Source: Pecten maximus (lineage: Eukaryota). Taken from it: DNA of 64,000 bases. The notes beneath the pieces are model-generated. The model searched no databases, was not told where the DNA came from, and saw nothing but the letters and a program-made list of their open reading frames with translations. Where the stretch lies: NCBI RefSeq assembly GCF_902652985.1, contig NC_047018.1, positions 3,720,001 through 3,784,000 on the forward strand, written 5' to 3'. The position numbers and the translations under genes are program-made. Positions 24,371 through 39,000 of the stretch are shown here, one piece after another (position 1 is the stretch's first letter; every line of letters starts with the position of its first letter).

Positions 24371-25395
24371 AATAATAATAATGGTCTTTATTTATACTTG
24401 ATAACATGTTGAGCTTAAAAACTCGTCTTACACATGGTCAAGATAAGTAATAGAATATACAATATTTACAACATATAAAAGAATAATACTATAACATTAA
24501 ACAAGGCACATATGATATAAAATACAAGATAATTTTGGAGCTGCCATTAAATGTAAAGGATAAAAGTACAACTACATCAGGATTACAGATTACTCCATAA
24601 AAAAGTTCTTTGCTGCTTTCTTAAAAGATAAAAGTGTTGAACAGTTTCTCACATTACTTGGTAAAAGATTCCATGTGTGAGCTCCTTGATATTTAAAAGA
24701 CTTTTTGAAAGTATTTGTATTGTGAGATGGTAAGTAAAAAACATTTGTGGTTGAGAATCTGGTAGACCTACAATGGACATCAGATATGCTAGTAAAACAA
24801 TTTAAATTTTGTGGAGCTAGGTCGTTAAGTACATGTATCTTGTACATAAAACAGACTGACTATATAAATCCTTTTTCTAAAAGGCAGCCATTTTAGTAAT
24901 TTAAACATGTCATTAGATGGAGTTAAAAAGTCACAATTTAAAATAATTCTGGCTGCTCTCTTCTGAAGACGCTCCAACTTAACAATATTCTTTTTTGTAC
25001 TATTGCCCCAGACAGTAGCACAGTAGTCAATATGAGGATTGATAAAACAGTTAAAAATAAAAAATCGTAATACTGGAAGTCTGGCTTAAAATGGTCTTAT
25101 CTTTTTCATTTGAAAAATTTGACATGAGATTTTTCTACATACATTTGAGAACTGGTAATCCCAAGACATACAATCATCAACTGATTCTCCTAACAGCTTT
25201 TCGTGTTTTACATTTTCTATATTTACATTGTTGATGACAGATAGTTCACCTTTTAATTTACATTTCCTCTGTGAGGTAGAAGCAAGCATAGCTTTGGTTT
25301 GGTCAGGATTAATACACATTTTGTTAACATCACACCATGATGAAACTGACTTGGCATCCTCATTGAGGTTTTTATTTATATCATCAATAGATTTC
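24371..25395 (-). mobile_element. 5'-truncated L2/CR1-group LINE (RT C-terminus and 3' tail)
   Basis: INPDQTKAML..., EKLLG..VDD.MSW, PHIDYCATVWGN, KKSFKYQGAHTWNLLP..VRNC.TL.SFKK. AATAAA then an (ATT)n tail on the - strand. Confidence 0.85.
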
Positions 25396-25532
25396 AGCTG
25401 TAGAAACAGCTGTATGGTGTCCCTAACATTACTGGTGAGTCCTTAAAGGACGAAACAGCTGTATGGTGTCGCTAACATTACTGATGAGTCGTAGAAGGAC
25501 GAAACAGCTGTATGGTGTCCCCAACATTACTG
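25395..25532 (+). ncRNA. Hammerhead array block 4; near-intact copy at 25475-25518
   Basis: acatta-CTGATGA-gtc(gtagaag)gac-GAAA-cagctg-TA-tggtgt. The preceding unit has the mutated core CTGGTGA. Confidence 0.82.
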
Positions 25533-26654
25533 TATACATAACATACACTGTAACATTATAAAAAAACAACAAAAAACAAACAAACAAACGAACAACCAAT
25601 CAAACAGAAAAACAAAAAACTTTTTATCGCCGATTGGATATATGTTTATCTCGCGTATAGAGGACGAACCTTCATAGAAACAAGCACTGAAATGGGATTT
25701 GTGATAAGATTTATTACAATTCCTTGGTTCAATGAGAGGAAGCATCTGCTTTCTTATGATAACATGTCCCAATGACCTTCATTGATAGAGAAGTGACATC
25801 ATACATAAGTACTCGAACCCCTAACATCTGCTTACTTACATCCCTTTTGCGTGCGTGGGTTGATTGAGGTTAAACAACATCCGGGATCATGGATAAAGTA
25901 TTAGAGGAGTCATGCGGTTCGTTCAGTGGAAAATGTCTATGTGTGATCTTTACGTAGACTCGTATTTATTTGTAAATTTGTAGCATTTTACATAGTACTA
26001 TATCAAAACCGATTACGGATTATGAGAGATTTTTATTTTCGTTTTACAATAGACTTTTGATACCACTTTCACATGCAACCAATTTTCATACTTATAGTAG
26101 TATCTTTTCTATGTAGAAATTGCACACACTGTACTTTCATTTTATGTCTTCACTGAAGATTTTAAGTATAATGCATCGATTACTGATATCATTTACCTAG
26201 TTCTTAGGTGAACTAGAAAAAAAACATAATTGGCGATAGATGACTTAAACGCTCTGAGTCAGTTTAATACCTAGTTCTAGGTGAACGTGATTAGAGTTTT
26301 CATGCTGACCATGATGTGGAGAAAATCGATAGAATTTCTGTGATAAAATTGGTAGCTTGACCAAGATATATTTTTAACGCGTTAAAATGCATATATAAAT
26401 TTATGTCTTGTTAAGACATTATCTTAGAAAGCTAGACTGTCTATGGTGTAACAAAAACTATTATGTTATGGCTACTCATAAATAAAGTACTAGAACATGT
26501 AGGATATCAAACAAGCCTTTAAACATTCATGCAAATGGCATCCTCTAGAACTGCATGACGCAATAAGAGTAAACAGTGACTGATGATATATCCCTATATC
26601 CTATAGTAGTCGTTTCTGTTCATTCAATATTGAGCAGTGTTCTTTAACAAATAC

Positions 26655-26800
26655 ATGTATGTAAATTATGCCATATAAATATGTATATTATGCCATATAA
26701 ATATGTAAATTATGCCATATAAATATGTATATTATGCCATATAAATATGTAAATTATGCCATATAAATATGTATATTATGCTATATGAATATGTATATTA
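26655..26800. repeat. ~22-bp AT-rich minisatellite
   Basis: ttatgccatataaatatgta(t/a)a, about 6 copies. Confidence 0.85.
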
Positions 26801-27454
26801 GGCAAAACATGTTAATATATTACAAATACGTCATTCATTTTTTTCACATTCATTCTACTTGCATATTATGTCTTTAAACATAATTTATAAAATACTCATT
26901 TCGGTAATATACTCTCTCAAGTGAAGAAAATAAATGCGTAAATATATTGGTGGAATATTAATATTAATCTTATTTAAGCGATCTAATTTTATATTGACGG
27001 GGGATATTCACGCCAATATCTCTAAACTGACCACAGGAGTTATAATTTCACGCCGACGATAGCTTTAAAGTCATTAGATAGAGTTCTGAAAAGGTACGGA
27101 ACAGTCAGAAATCTGGCTATCATAGCCTGACATCCTCTTGGACACGTTGCAGTATCGGCCACAATTGAAAAACTCCTCATGGTTCCTTATATCGTTTACC
27201 ATAAGACACACATGGTTTCGCACAGTAATTCGTACAATTCGTAACCAATATTGACACCTGTGATTTGGTGGATTCATATCGCTATTTCTTGTCGAATGAT
27301 AGTATCGATAATTTTCTCTGAATTCTTATCGAATCAAGTTTCTAGAAGATAATCTTTCAGAATGCCGATTAATCACGTAAACTGAGAGAGCAAAACATTA
27401 AACCTTTCTTTACAATGTTTCATCATTGACTTGACTTAACCAAGGTAGTATCGT

Positions 27455-30400
27455 CATAGTATTATCCTTAGTATAACTATATCAGTATATTAACACTATT
27501 ATCATTATTATAACTATATCAGTATATTAACACTATTATCATTATTATAACTATATCAGTATATTAACACTATTATCATTAGTATAACTATATCAGTATA
27601 TTAACACTATTATCATTATTATAACTATATCAGTATATTAACACTATTATCATCAGTATAACTATATCAGTATCGTCACACTATTATCCTTAGTATAACT
27701 ATATCAGTATATTAACATTATTATCATTAGTATAACTATATCAGTATATTAACACTATTATCATTAGTATAACTATATCAGTATATTAACACTATTATCA
27801 TCAGTATAACTATATCAGTATATTAACACTATTATCCTTAGTATAACTATATCAGTATATTAACTCTATTATCATTATTATAACTATATCAGTATCGTCA
27901 CTCTATTATCATTATTATAACTATATCAGTATCGTCACACTATTATCATTAGTATAACTATATCAGTATATTAACACTATTATCATTAGTATAACTATAT
28001 TAGTATATTAACACTATTATCATTAGTATAACTATATCAGTATCGTCACTCTATTATCATTATTATAACTATATCAGTATATTAACACTATTATCATTAG
28101 TATAACTATATCAGTATCGTCACACTATTATCCTTAGTATAACTATATCAGTATATTAACACTATTATCATTATTATAACTATATCAGTATATTAACACT
28201 ATCATCCTTAGTATAACTATATCAGTATATTAACACTATTATCATTAGTATAACTATATCAGTATATTAACACTATCATCCTTAGTATAACTATATCAGT
28301 ATATTAACACTATTTATATTAACACTATTATCATTAGTATAACTATATCAGTATATTAACACTATTTATATTAACACTATTATCATTAGTATAACTATAT
28401 CAGTATATTAACACTATTATCCTTAGTATAACTATATCAGTATATTAACACTATTATCATTAGTATAACTATATCAGTATATTAACACTATTATCCTTAG
28501 TATAACTATATCAGTATATTAACACTATCATCCTTAGTATAACTATATCAGTATATTAACACTATTATCCTTAGTATAACTATATCAGTATATTAACACT
28601 ATTATCCTTATTATAACTATATCAGTATATTAACACTATTATCCTTAGTATAACTATATCAGTATATTAACACTATTATCATTATTATAACTATATCAGT
28701 ATCGTCACTCTATTATCATTAGTATAACTATATCAGTATATTAACACTATTATCATTAGTATAACTATATTAGTATATTAACACTATTATCATTAGTATA
28801 ACTATATCAGTATCGTCACTCTATTATCATTATTATAACTATATCAGTATATTAACACTATTATCATTAGTATAACTATATCAGTATATTAACACTATTT
28901 ATATTAACACTAATATAATTAGTATAACTATATCAGTATATTAACACTATTATCCTTAGTATAACTATATCAGTATATTAACACTATTATCATTAGCATA
29001 ACTATATCAGTATATTAACACTATTATCCTTAGTATAACTATATCAGTATCGTCACACTATTATCACTAGTATAACTATATCAGTATATTAACACTATTT
29101 ATATTAACACTATTATCCTTAGTATAACTATATCAGTATCGTCACACTATTATCATTAGTATAACTATATCAGTATATTAACACTAGTATCCTTAGTATA
29201 ACTATATCAGTATATTAACACTATTATCCTTAGTATAACTATATCAGTATATTAACACTATTATCCTTAGTATAACTATATCAGTATCGTCACACTATTA
29301 TCATTATTATAACTATATCAGTATATTAACACTATTATCCTTAGTATAACTATATCAGTATATTAACACTATCATCCTTAGTATAACTATATCAGTATAT
29401 TAACACTATTATCCTTAGTATAACTATATCAGTATATTAACACTATTTATATTAACACTATTATCATTAGTATAACTATATCAGTATCGTCACACTATTA
29501 TCATTAGTATAACTATATCAGTATATTAACACTATTTATATTAACACTATTATCATTAGTATAACTATATCAGTATATTAACACTAGTATCCTTAGTATA
29601 ACTATATCAGTATATTAACACTATTATCATTAGTATAACTATATCAGTATATTAACACTATCATCCTTAGTATAACTATATCAGTATATTAACACTATTA
29701 TCATTAGTATAACTATATCAGTATATTAACACTATCATCATTAGTATAACTATATCCGTATATTAACACTATTATCATTAGTATAACTATATCAGTATAT
29801 TAACACTATCATCATTAGTATAACTATATCCGTATATTAACACTATTATCATAAGTATAACTATATCAGTATATTAACACTATTATCATTAGTATAACTA
29901 TATCAGCATATTAACACTATTATCCTTAGTATAACTATATCAGTATATTAACACTATTATCATTAGTATAACTATATCAGTATATTAACACTATTATCAT
30001 TAGTATAACTATATCAGTATATTAACACTATTATCCTTAGTATAACTATATCAGTATCATCACACTATTATCATCAGTATAACTATATCAGTATATTAAC
30101 ACTATTATCCTTAGTATAACTATATCAGTATATTAACACTATTATCATTAGTATAACTATATCAGTATATTAACACTATCATCATTAGTATAACTATATC
30201 CGTATATTAACACTATAATCATAAGTATAACTATATCAGTATATTAACACTATTATCATAAGTATAACTATATCAGTATATTAACACTATTATCATTAGT
30301 ATAACTATATCAGTATATTAACACTATTATTATTAGTATAACTATATCAGTATATTAACACTATTATCATTAGTATAACTATATCAGTATATTAACACTA

Positions 30401-32030
30401 TCATCATTAGTATAACTATATCCGTATATTAACACTATTATCATAAGTATAACTATATCAGTATATTAACACTATTATCATTAGTATAACTATATCAGTA
30501 TATTAACACTATCATCCTTAGTATAACTATATCAGTATATTAACACTATTATCATTAGTATAACTATATCAGCATATTAACACTATCATCCTTAGTATAA
30601 CTATATCAGTATATTAACACTATTATCATTAGTATAACTATATCAGTATATTAACACTATGATCATCAGTATAACTATATTAGTATATTAACACTATTAT
30701 CCTTAGTATAACTATATCAGTATATTAACACTATTATCATTAGTATAACTATATCAGTATATTAACACTATTATCCTTAGTATAACTATATCAGTATATT
30801 AACACTATTATCCTTAGTATAACTATATCAGTATATTAACACTATTATCATTAGTATAACTATATCAGTATATTAACACTATTATCATTAGTATAACTAT
30901 ATCAGTATCGTCACACTATTATCCTTAGTATAACTATATCAGTATATTAACACTATTATCATTATTATAACTATATCAGTATATTAACACTATCATCCTT
31001 AGTATAACTATATCAGTATATTAACACTATTATCCTTAGTATAACTATATCAGTATATTAACACTATTTTCCTTAGTATAACTATATCAGTATATTAACA
31101 CTATCATCATTAGTATAACTATATCAGTATATTAACACTATTTATATTAACACTATCATCCTTAGTATAACTATATCAGTATATTAACACTATTATCCTT
31201 AGTATAACTATATCAGTATATTAACACTATTTTCCTTAGTATAACTATATCAGCATATTAACACTATCATCCTTAGTATAACTATATCAGTATATTAACA
31301 CTATTATCCTTAGTATAACTATATCAGTATATTAACACTATTATCCTTAGTATAACTATATCAGTATATTAACACTATCATCCTTAGTATAACTATATCA
31401 GTATCGTCACTCTATTATCATTATTATAACTATATCAGTATATTAACACTATTATCATTAGTATACCTATATCAGTATATTAACACTATCATCCTTAGTA
31501 TAACTATATCAGTATATTAACACTATTATCATTAGTATAACTATATCAGCATATTAACACTATCATCCTTAGTATAACTATATCAGTATATCAACACTAT
31601 CATCCTTAGTATAACTATATCAGTATATTAACACTATTATCATTAGTATAACTATATCAGTATCATCACACTATTATCATTAGTATAACTATATCAGTAT
31701 CGTCACACTATTATCATTAGTATAACTATATCAGTATATTAACACTATTATCATTAGTATAACTATATCAGTATATTAACACTATTATCATTAGTATAAC
31801 TATATCAGTATATTAACACTATTATCATTAGTATAACTATATCAGTATATTAACACTATTATCCTTAGTATAACTATATCAGTATCGTCACACTATTATC
31901 ATTAGTATAACTATATCAGTATATTAACACTATTATCCTTAGTATAACTATATCAGTATCGTCACACTATTATCATTAGTATAACTATATCAGTATCGTC
32001 ACACTATTATCATTAGTATAACTATATCAG
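27455..32030. repeat. 37-bp minisatellite, ~120 copies
   Basis: Unit tattatcattagtataactatatcagtatattaacac. Confidence 0.97.
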
Positions 32031-33091
32031 GGAGACATATTGACATTATACGTGGATTATAAAGAGCAGAAAACTATGTTTTCGAAAAGGTTTCTTCCAT
32101 TAAATTCGGACCGTTAGTATTTTTCACTATGTACACCACCGAGGGAAACTGGAGGGACTCCTTCGCTCTGATTAAAAAAAAAAAAAAAACTTTCAATGGA
32201 ATTCCTGCATATGTTGTTCTGGGTGTGTTTTCTTTTAATTGTGCCACTTTTCCATATTAACAATATATCTGTTAGAATTAGTGCAAGTGAAACACTAGAT
32301 ATACAGTATAATAAAAACATTATTAAAAATAGTTTTGAAGAACACATTACGGTATTATAAGTAGATGAAATTCTTGTTACTTGATTAATGACAATGACTA
32401 TCAATGTGTCTCGATTCTAAAGGATAAGGGGATCCTGTTTTATAGGACTAATGTTGGTCCGCTTTGATCATCATTGAGATTCCTAATAAAAGACTGCTGA
32501 AACAAACATATCCCCAAAGACATGTCGATAGAACGTGTGGACACTTATTTTCCTACCAGCAGTATGATACGTTATCAAAATATATAGTTATTAAGAAAAT
32601 AATGTTATGTTTCGAAGAATTTCTTGAATCATACGAGACATACCTGGTACTTTATTATTATAATGTTTGTATTCAATGGAGGGATTTAAACAAGTTTCCG
32701 AAAGTATTTTAGATATGTTGGCAATCGCTGGTCTCCATAAACATAATGATCATTTAAACGCCAAGCAAAAACCATTTTCATACGAAACTATCGCTATATA
32801 ATATAGGTGGACTGAACGACTATGGTTGTAGAGTAGTTAAACACGATTTTAAAAGTAAAAATACCTTAAACTGAAGTATCCGCCCGCAATAAACAAATGT
32901 TTGGTGAACATACACCCCTAATATTTTATTTGGTTATTGGTGTTGTTACTAACCTTGATAACATTGTTAACTACTGACAGAAGTGAACCTGTGTAATGGG
33001 CTCTCCTGATGTAAAATACATCCTATCCATTACGCTGAGTCCTCATCTCTATATGGCAAGCAAAACAGACCATCCATATTTGACGATTTGA

Positions 33092-36000
33092 CCCTGTCCG
33101 AGACCTTCTGACAATATAACTACCCGTCCGAGACCTTCAGACAATATAACTACCCGTCCGAGACCTTCAGACAATATAACTACCCGTCCGAGACCTTCAG
33201 ACAATATAACTACCCGTCCGAGACCTTCAGACAATATAACTACCCGTCCGAGACCTTCAGACAATATAACTACCCGTCCGAGACCTTCAGACAATATAAC
33301 TACCCGTCCGAGACCTTCAGATAATATAACTACCCGTCCGAGACCTTCACACAATATAACTACCCGTCCGAGACCTTCACACAATATAACTACCCGTCCG
33401 AGACCTTCACATAATATAACTACCCGCCCGAGACATTAAGATAATACAACTACCCGTCCGAGACATTAAGATAATACAACTACCCGTCCGAGACATTAGA
33501 TAATATAACTACCCGTCCGAGACCTTCAGACAATATAACTACCCGTCCGAGACCTTAGATAATATAACTACCCGTCCGAGACCTTAGATAATATAACTAC
33601 CCGTCCGAGACATTAAGATAATACAACTACCCGTCCGAGACATTAAGATAATACAACTACCCGTCCGAGACCTTAGATAATATAACTACCCGTCCGAGAC
33701 CTTCAGACAATATAACTACCCGTCCGAGACCTTAGATAATATAACTACCCGTCCGAGACCTTAGATAATATAACTACCCGTCCGAGACATTAAGATAATA
33801 CAACTACCCGTCCGAGACATTAAGATAATACAACTACCCGTCCGAGACCTTCACATAATATAACTACCCGCCCGAGACATTAAGATAATACAACTACCCG
33901 TCCGAGACCTTAGATAATATAACTACCCGTCCGAGACCTTAGATAATATAACTACCCGTCCGAGACATTCAGACAAGATAACTACCCGTCCGAGACCTTC
34001 AGATAATATAACTACCCGTCCGAGACCTTCACACAATATAACTACTCGTCTGAGACCTTCAAATAATACAACTACCCGTCCGAGACCTTCAAATAATATA
34101 ACTACCCGTCCGAGACCTTCAAATAATACAACTACCCGTCCGAGACCTTCAAATAATACAACTACCCGTCCGAGACATTAAGATAATACAACTACCCGTC
34201 CGAGACCTTAGATAATATAACTACCCGTCCGAGACCTTCAGACAATATAACTACCCGTCCGAGACATTCAGATAATATAACTACCCGTCCGAGACTTTAG
34301 ATAATATAATTACCCGTCCGAGACCTTCAGATAATATAACTACCCGTCCGAGACCTTCAGATAATATAACTACCCGTCCGAGACCTTCACACAATATAAC
34401 TACCCGTCCGAGACCTTCAGATAATATAACTACCCGTCCGAGACCTTCAAATAATATAACTACCCGTCCGAGACCTTCAGACAATATAACTACCCGTCCG
34501 AGACCTTCACACAATATAACTACCCGTCCGAGACCTTCAGATAATATAACTACCCGTCCGAGACCTTCAGATAATATAACTACCCGTCCGAGACTTTAGA
34601 TAATATAACTACCCGTCCGAGACCTTCACACAATATAACTACCCGTCCGAGACCTTCAGATAATATAACTACCCGTCCGAGACCTTCAGATACTATAACT
34701 ACCCGTCCGAGACTTTAGATAATATAACTACCCGTCCGAGACTTTAGATAATATAACTACCCGTCCGAGACATTCAGATAATATAACTACCCGTCCGAGA
34801 CATTCAGACAATATAACTACCCGTCCGAGACCTTCAGACAATATAACTACCCGTCCGAGACCTTAGATAATATAACTACCCGTCCGAGACCTTCAGATAA
34901 TATAACTACCCGTCCGAGACCTTAGATAATATAACTACCCGTCCGAGACATTCAGACAATATAACTACCCGTCCGAGACCTTAGACAATATAACTACCCG
35001 TCCGAGACCTTAGATAATATAACTACCCGTCCGAGACCTTAGATAATATAACTACCCGTCCGAGACCTTCTGACAATGTAACTACCCGTCCGAGACCTTC
35101 TGACAATGTAACTACCCGTCCGAGACATTCAGACAATATAACAACCCGTCCGAGACCTTCAGATAATATAACTACCCGTCCGAGACCTTCAAATAATATA
35201 ACTACCCGTCCGAGACATTCAGATAATATAACTACCCGTCCGAGACCTTCAGACAATATAACTACCCGTCCGACACCTTCAGATAATATAACTACCCGTC
35301 CGAGACCTTAGATAATATAACTACCCGTCCGAGACCTTCAGATAATATTACTACCCGTCCGAGACCTTCAGATAATATAACTACCCGTCCGTGACTTTCA
35401 GATAATATAACTACCCGTCCGAGACCTTAGATAATATAACTACCCGTCCGAGACCTTCTGACAATGTAACTACCCGTCCGAGACATTCAGACAATATAAC
35501 AACCCGTCCGAGACCTTCACACAATATAACTACCCGTCCGAGACCTTCTGACAATGTAACTACCCGTCCGAGACCTTCACACAATATAACTACCCGTCCG
35601 AGACCTTAGATAATATAACTACCCGTCCGAAACCTTCAGACAATATAACTACCCGTCCGAGACCTTCAGACAATATAACTACCCGTCCGAGACCTTAGAC
35701 AATATAACTACCCGTCCGAGACCTTCAGACAATGTAACTACCCGTCCGAGACCTTCAGATAATATAACTACCCGTCCGAGACCTTCACACAATATAACTA
35801 CCCGTCCGAGACCTTCAGACAATATAACTACCCGTCCGAGACCTTAGATAATATAACTACCCGTCCGAGACCTTAGATAATATAACTACCCGTCCGAGAC
35901 ATTAAGATAATACAACTACCCGTCCGCGACATTAAGATAATACAACTACCCGTCCGAGACCTTAGATAATACAACTACCCGTCCGAGACCTTCACATAAT

Positions 36001-39000
36001 ATAACTACCCGCCCGAGACATTAAGATGATACAACTACCCGTCCGAGACCTTAGATAATATAACTACCCGTCCGAGACCTTAGATAATATAACTACCCGT
36101 CCGAGACATTCAGACAAGATAACTACCCGTCCGAGACCTTCAGATAATATAACTACCCGTCCGAGACCTTCACACAATATAACTACTCGTCCGAGACCTT
36201 CAAATAATACAACTACCCGTCCGAGACCTTCAAATAATATAACTACCCGTCCGAGACCTTCAAATAATACAACTACCCGTCCGAGACCTTCAAATAATAC
36301 AACTACCCGTCCGAGACATTAAGATAATACAACTACCCGTCCGAGACCTTAGATAATATAACTACCCGTCCGAGACCTTCAGACAATATAACTACCCGTC
36401 CGAGACATTCAGATAATATAACTACCCGTCCGAGACTTTAGATAATATAATTACCCGTCCGAGACCTTCAGATAATATAACTACCCGTCCGAGACCTTCA
36501 GATAATATAACTACCCGTCCGAGACCTTCACACAATATAACTACCCGTCCGAGACCTTCAGATAATATAACTACCCGTCCGAGACCTTCAAATAATATAA
36601 CTACCCGTCCGAGACCTTCAGACAATATAACTACCCGTCCGAGACCTTCACACAATATAACTACCCGTCCGAGACCTTCAGATAATATAACTACCCGTCC
36701 GAGACCTTCAGATACTATAACTACCCGTCCGAGACTTTAGATAATATAACTACCCGTCCGAGACTTTAGATAATATAACTACCCGTCCGAGACATTCAGA
36801 TAATATAACTACCCGTCCGAGACATTCAGACAATATAACTACCCGTCCGAGACCTTCAGACAATATAACTACCCGTCCGAGACCTTAGATAATATAACTA
36901 CCCGTCCGAGACCTTCAGATAATATAACTACCCGTCCGAGACCTTAGATAATATAACTACCCGTCCGAGACATTCAGACAATATAACTACCCGTCCGAGA
37001 CCTTAGACAATATAACTACCCGTCCGAGACCTTAGATAATATAACTACCCGTCCGAGACCTTAGATAATATAACTACCCGTCCGAGACCTTCTGACAATG
37101 TAACTACCCGTCCGAGACCTTCTGACAATGTAACTACCCGTCCGAGACATTCAGACAATATAACAACCCGTCCGAGACCTTCAGATAATATAACTACCCG
37201 TCCGAGACCTTCAAATAATATAACTACCCGTCCGAGACATTCAGATAATATAACTACCCGTCCGAGACCTTCAGACAATATAACTACCCGTCCGACACCT
37301 TCAGATAATATAACTACCCGTCCGAGACCTTAGATAATATAACTACCCGTCCGAGACCTTCAGATAATATTACTACCCGTCCGAGACCTTCAGATAATAT
37401 AACTACCCGTCCGTGACCTTCAGATAATATAACTACCCGTCCGAGACCTTAGATAATATAACTACCCGTCCGAGACCTTCTGACAATGTAACTACCCGTC
37501 CGAGACATTCAGACAATATAACAACCCGTCCGAGACCTTCACACAATATAACTACCCGTCCGAGACCTTCTGACAATGTAACTACCCGTCCGAGACCTTC
37601 ACACAATATAACTACCCGTCCGAGACCTTAGATAATATAACTACCCGTCCGAAACCTTCAGACAATATAACTACCCGTCCGAGACCTTCAGACAATATAA
37701 CTACCCGTCCGAGACCTTAGACAATATAACTACCCGTCCGAGACCTTCAGACAATGTAACTACCCGTCCGAGACCTTCCGATAATATAACTACCCGTCCG
37801 AGACCTTCACACAATATAACTACCCGTCCGAGACCTTCACACAATATAACTACCCGTCCGAGACCTAAGACAATACAACTACCCGTCCGAGACCTTAGAT
37901 AATATAACTACCCGTCAGAGACCTTAGATAATATAACTACCCGTCCGAGACCTTCAGACAATATAACTACCCGTCCGAGACCTTCAAACAATATAACTAC
38001 CCGTCCGAGACCTTAGATAATATAACTACCCGTCCGAGACCTTCAAACAATATAACTACCCGTCCGAGACCTTCAGACAATATAACTACTCGTCCGAGAC
38101 CTTCACACAATATAACTACCCGTCCGAGACCTTAGATAATATAACTACTCGTCCGAGACCTTAGATAATATAACTACCCGTCCGAGACCTTCTGACAATG
38201 TAACTACCCGTCCGAGACCTTAGATAATATAACTACCCGTCCGAGACCTTCAGACAATATAACAACCCGTCCGAGACCTTCAGACAATATAACTACCCGT
38301 CCGAGACATTCAGACAATATAACTACTCGTCCGAGACATTCAGACAATATAACTACCCGTCCGAGACCTTCAGATAATATAACTACCCGTCCGAGACCTT
38401 CACACAATATAACTACCCGTCCGACACCTTCAGATAATATAACTTCCCGTCCGAGACCTTCAGACAATATAACTACCCGTCCGAGACCTTAGATAATATA
38501 ACTACCCGTCCGAGACATTCAGATAATATAACTACCCGTCCGAGACCTTAGATAATATAACTACCCGTCCGAGACCTTCACACAATATAACTACCCGTCC
38601 GAGACCTTCAGATAATATAGCTACCCGTCCGAGACATTCAGACAATATAACTACCCGTCCGAGACCTTAGACAATATAACTACCCGTCCGAGACCTTAGA
38701 TAATATAACTACCCGTCCGAGACCTTCTGACAATGTAACTACCCGTCCGAGACCTTCTGACAATGTAATTACCCGTCCGAGACATTCAGACAATATAACA
38801 ACCCGTCCGAGACCTTCAGATAATATAACTACCCGTCCGAGACCTTCAAATAATATAACTACCCGTCCGAGACATTCAGATAATATAACTACCCGTCCGA
38901 GACCTTCAGACAATATAACTACCCGTCCGACACCTTCAGATAATATAACTACCCGTCCGAGACCTTAGATAATATAACTACCCGTCCGAGACCTTCAGAT

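Noticed and set aside
27074-27277. Cys-containing 67-aa ORF as a fourth EMI-like gene or defensin
   Set aside because: No WCC/CP/CC pattern, signal peptide or partner exons found.
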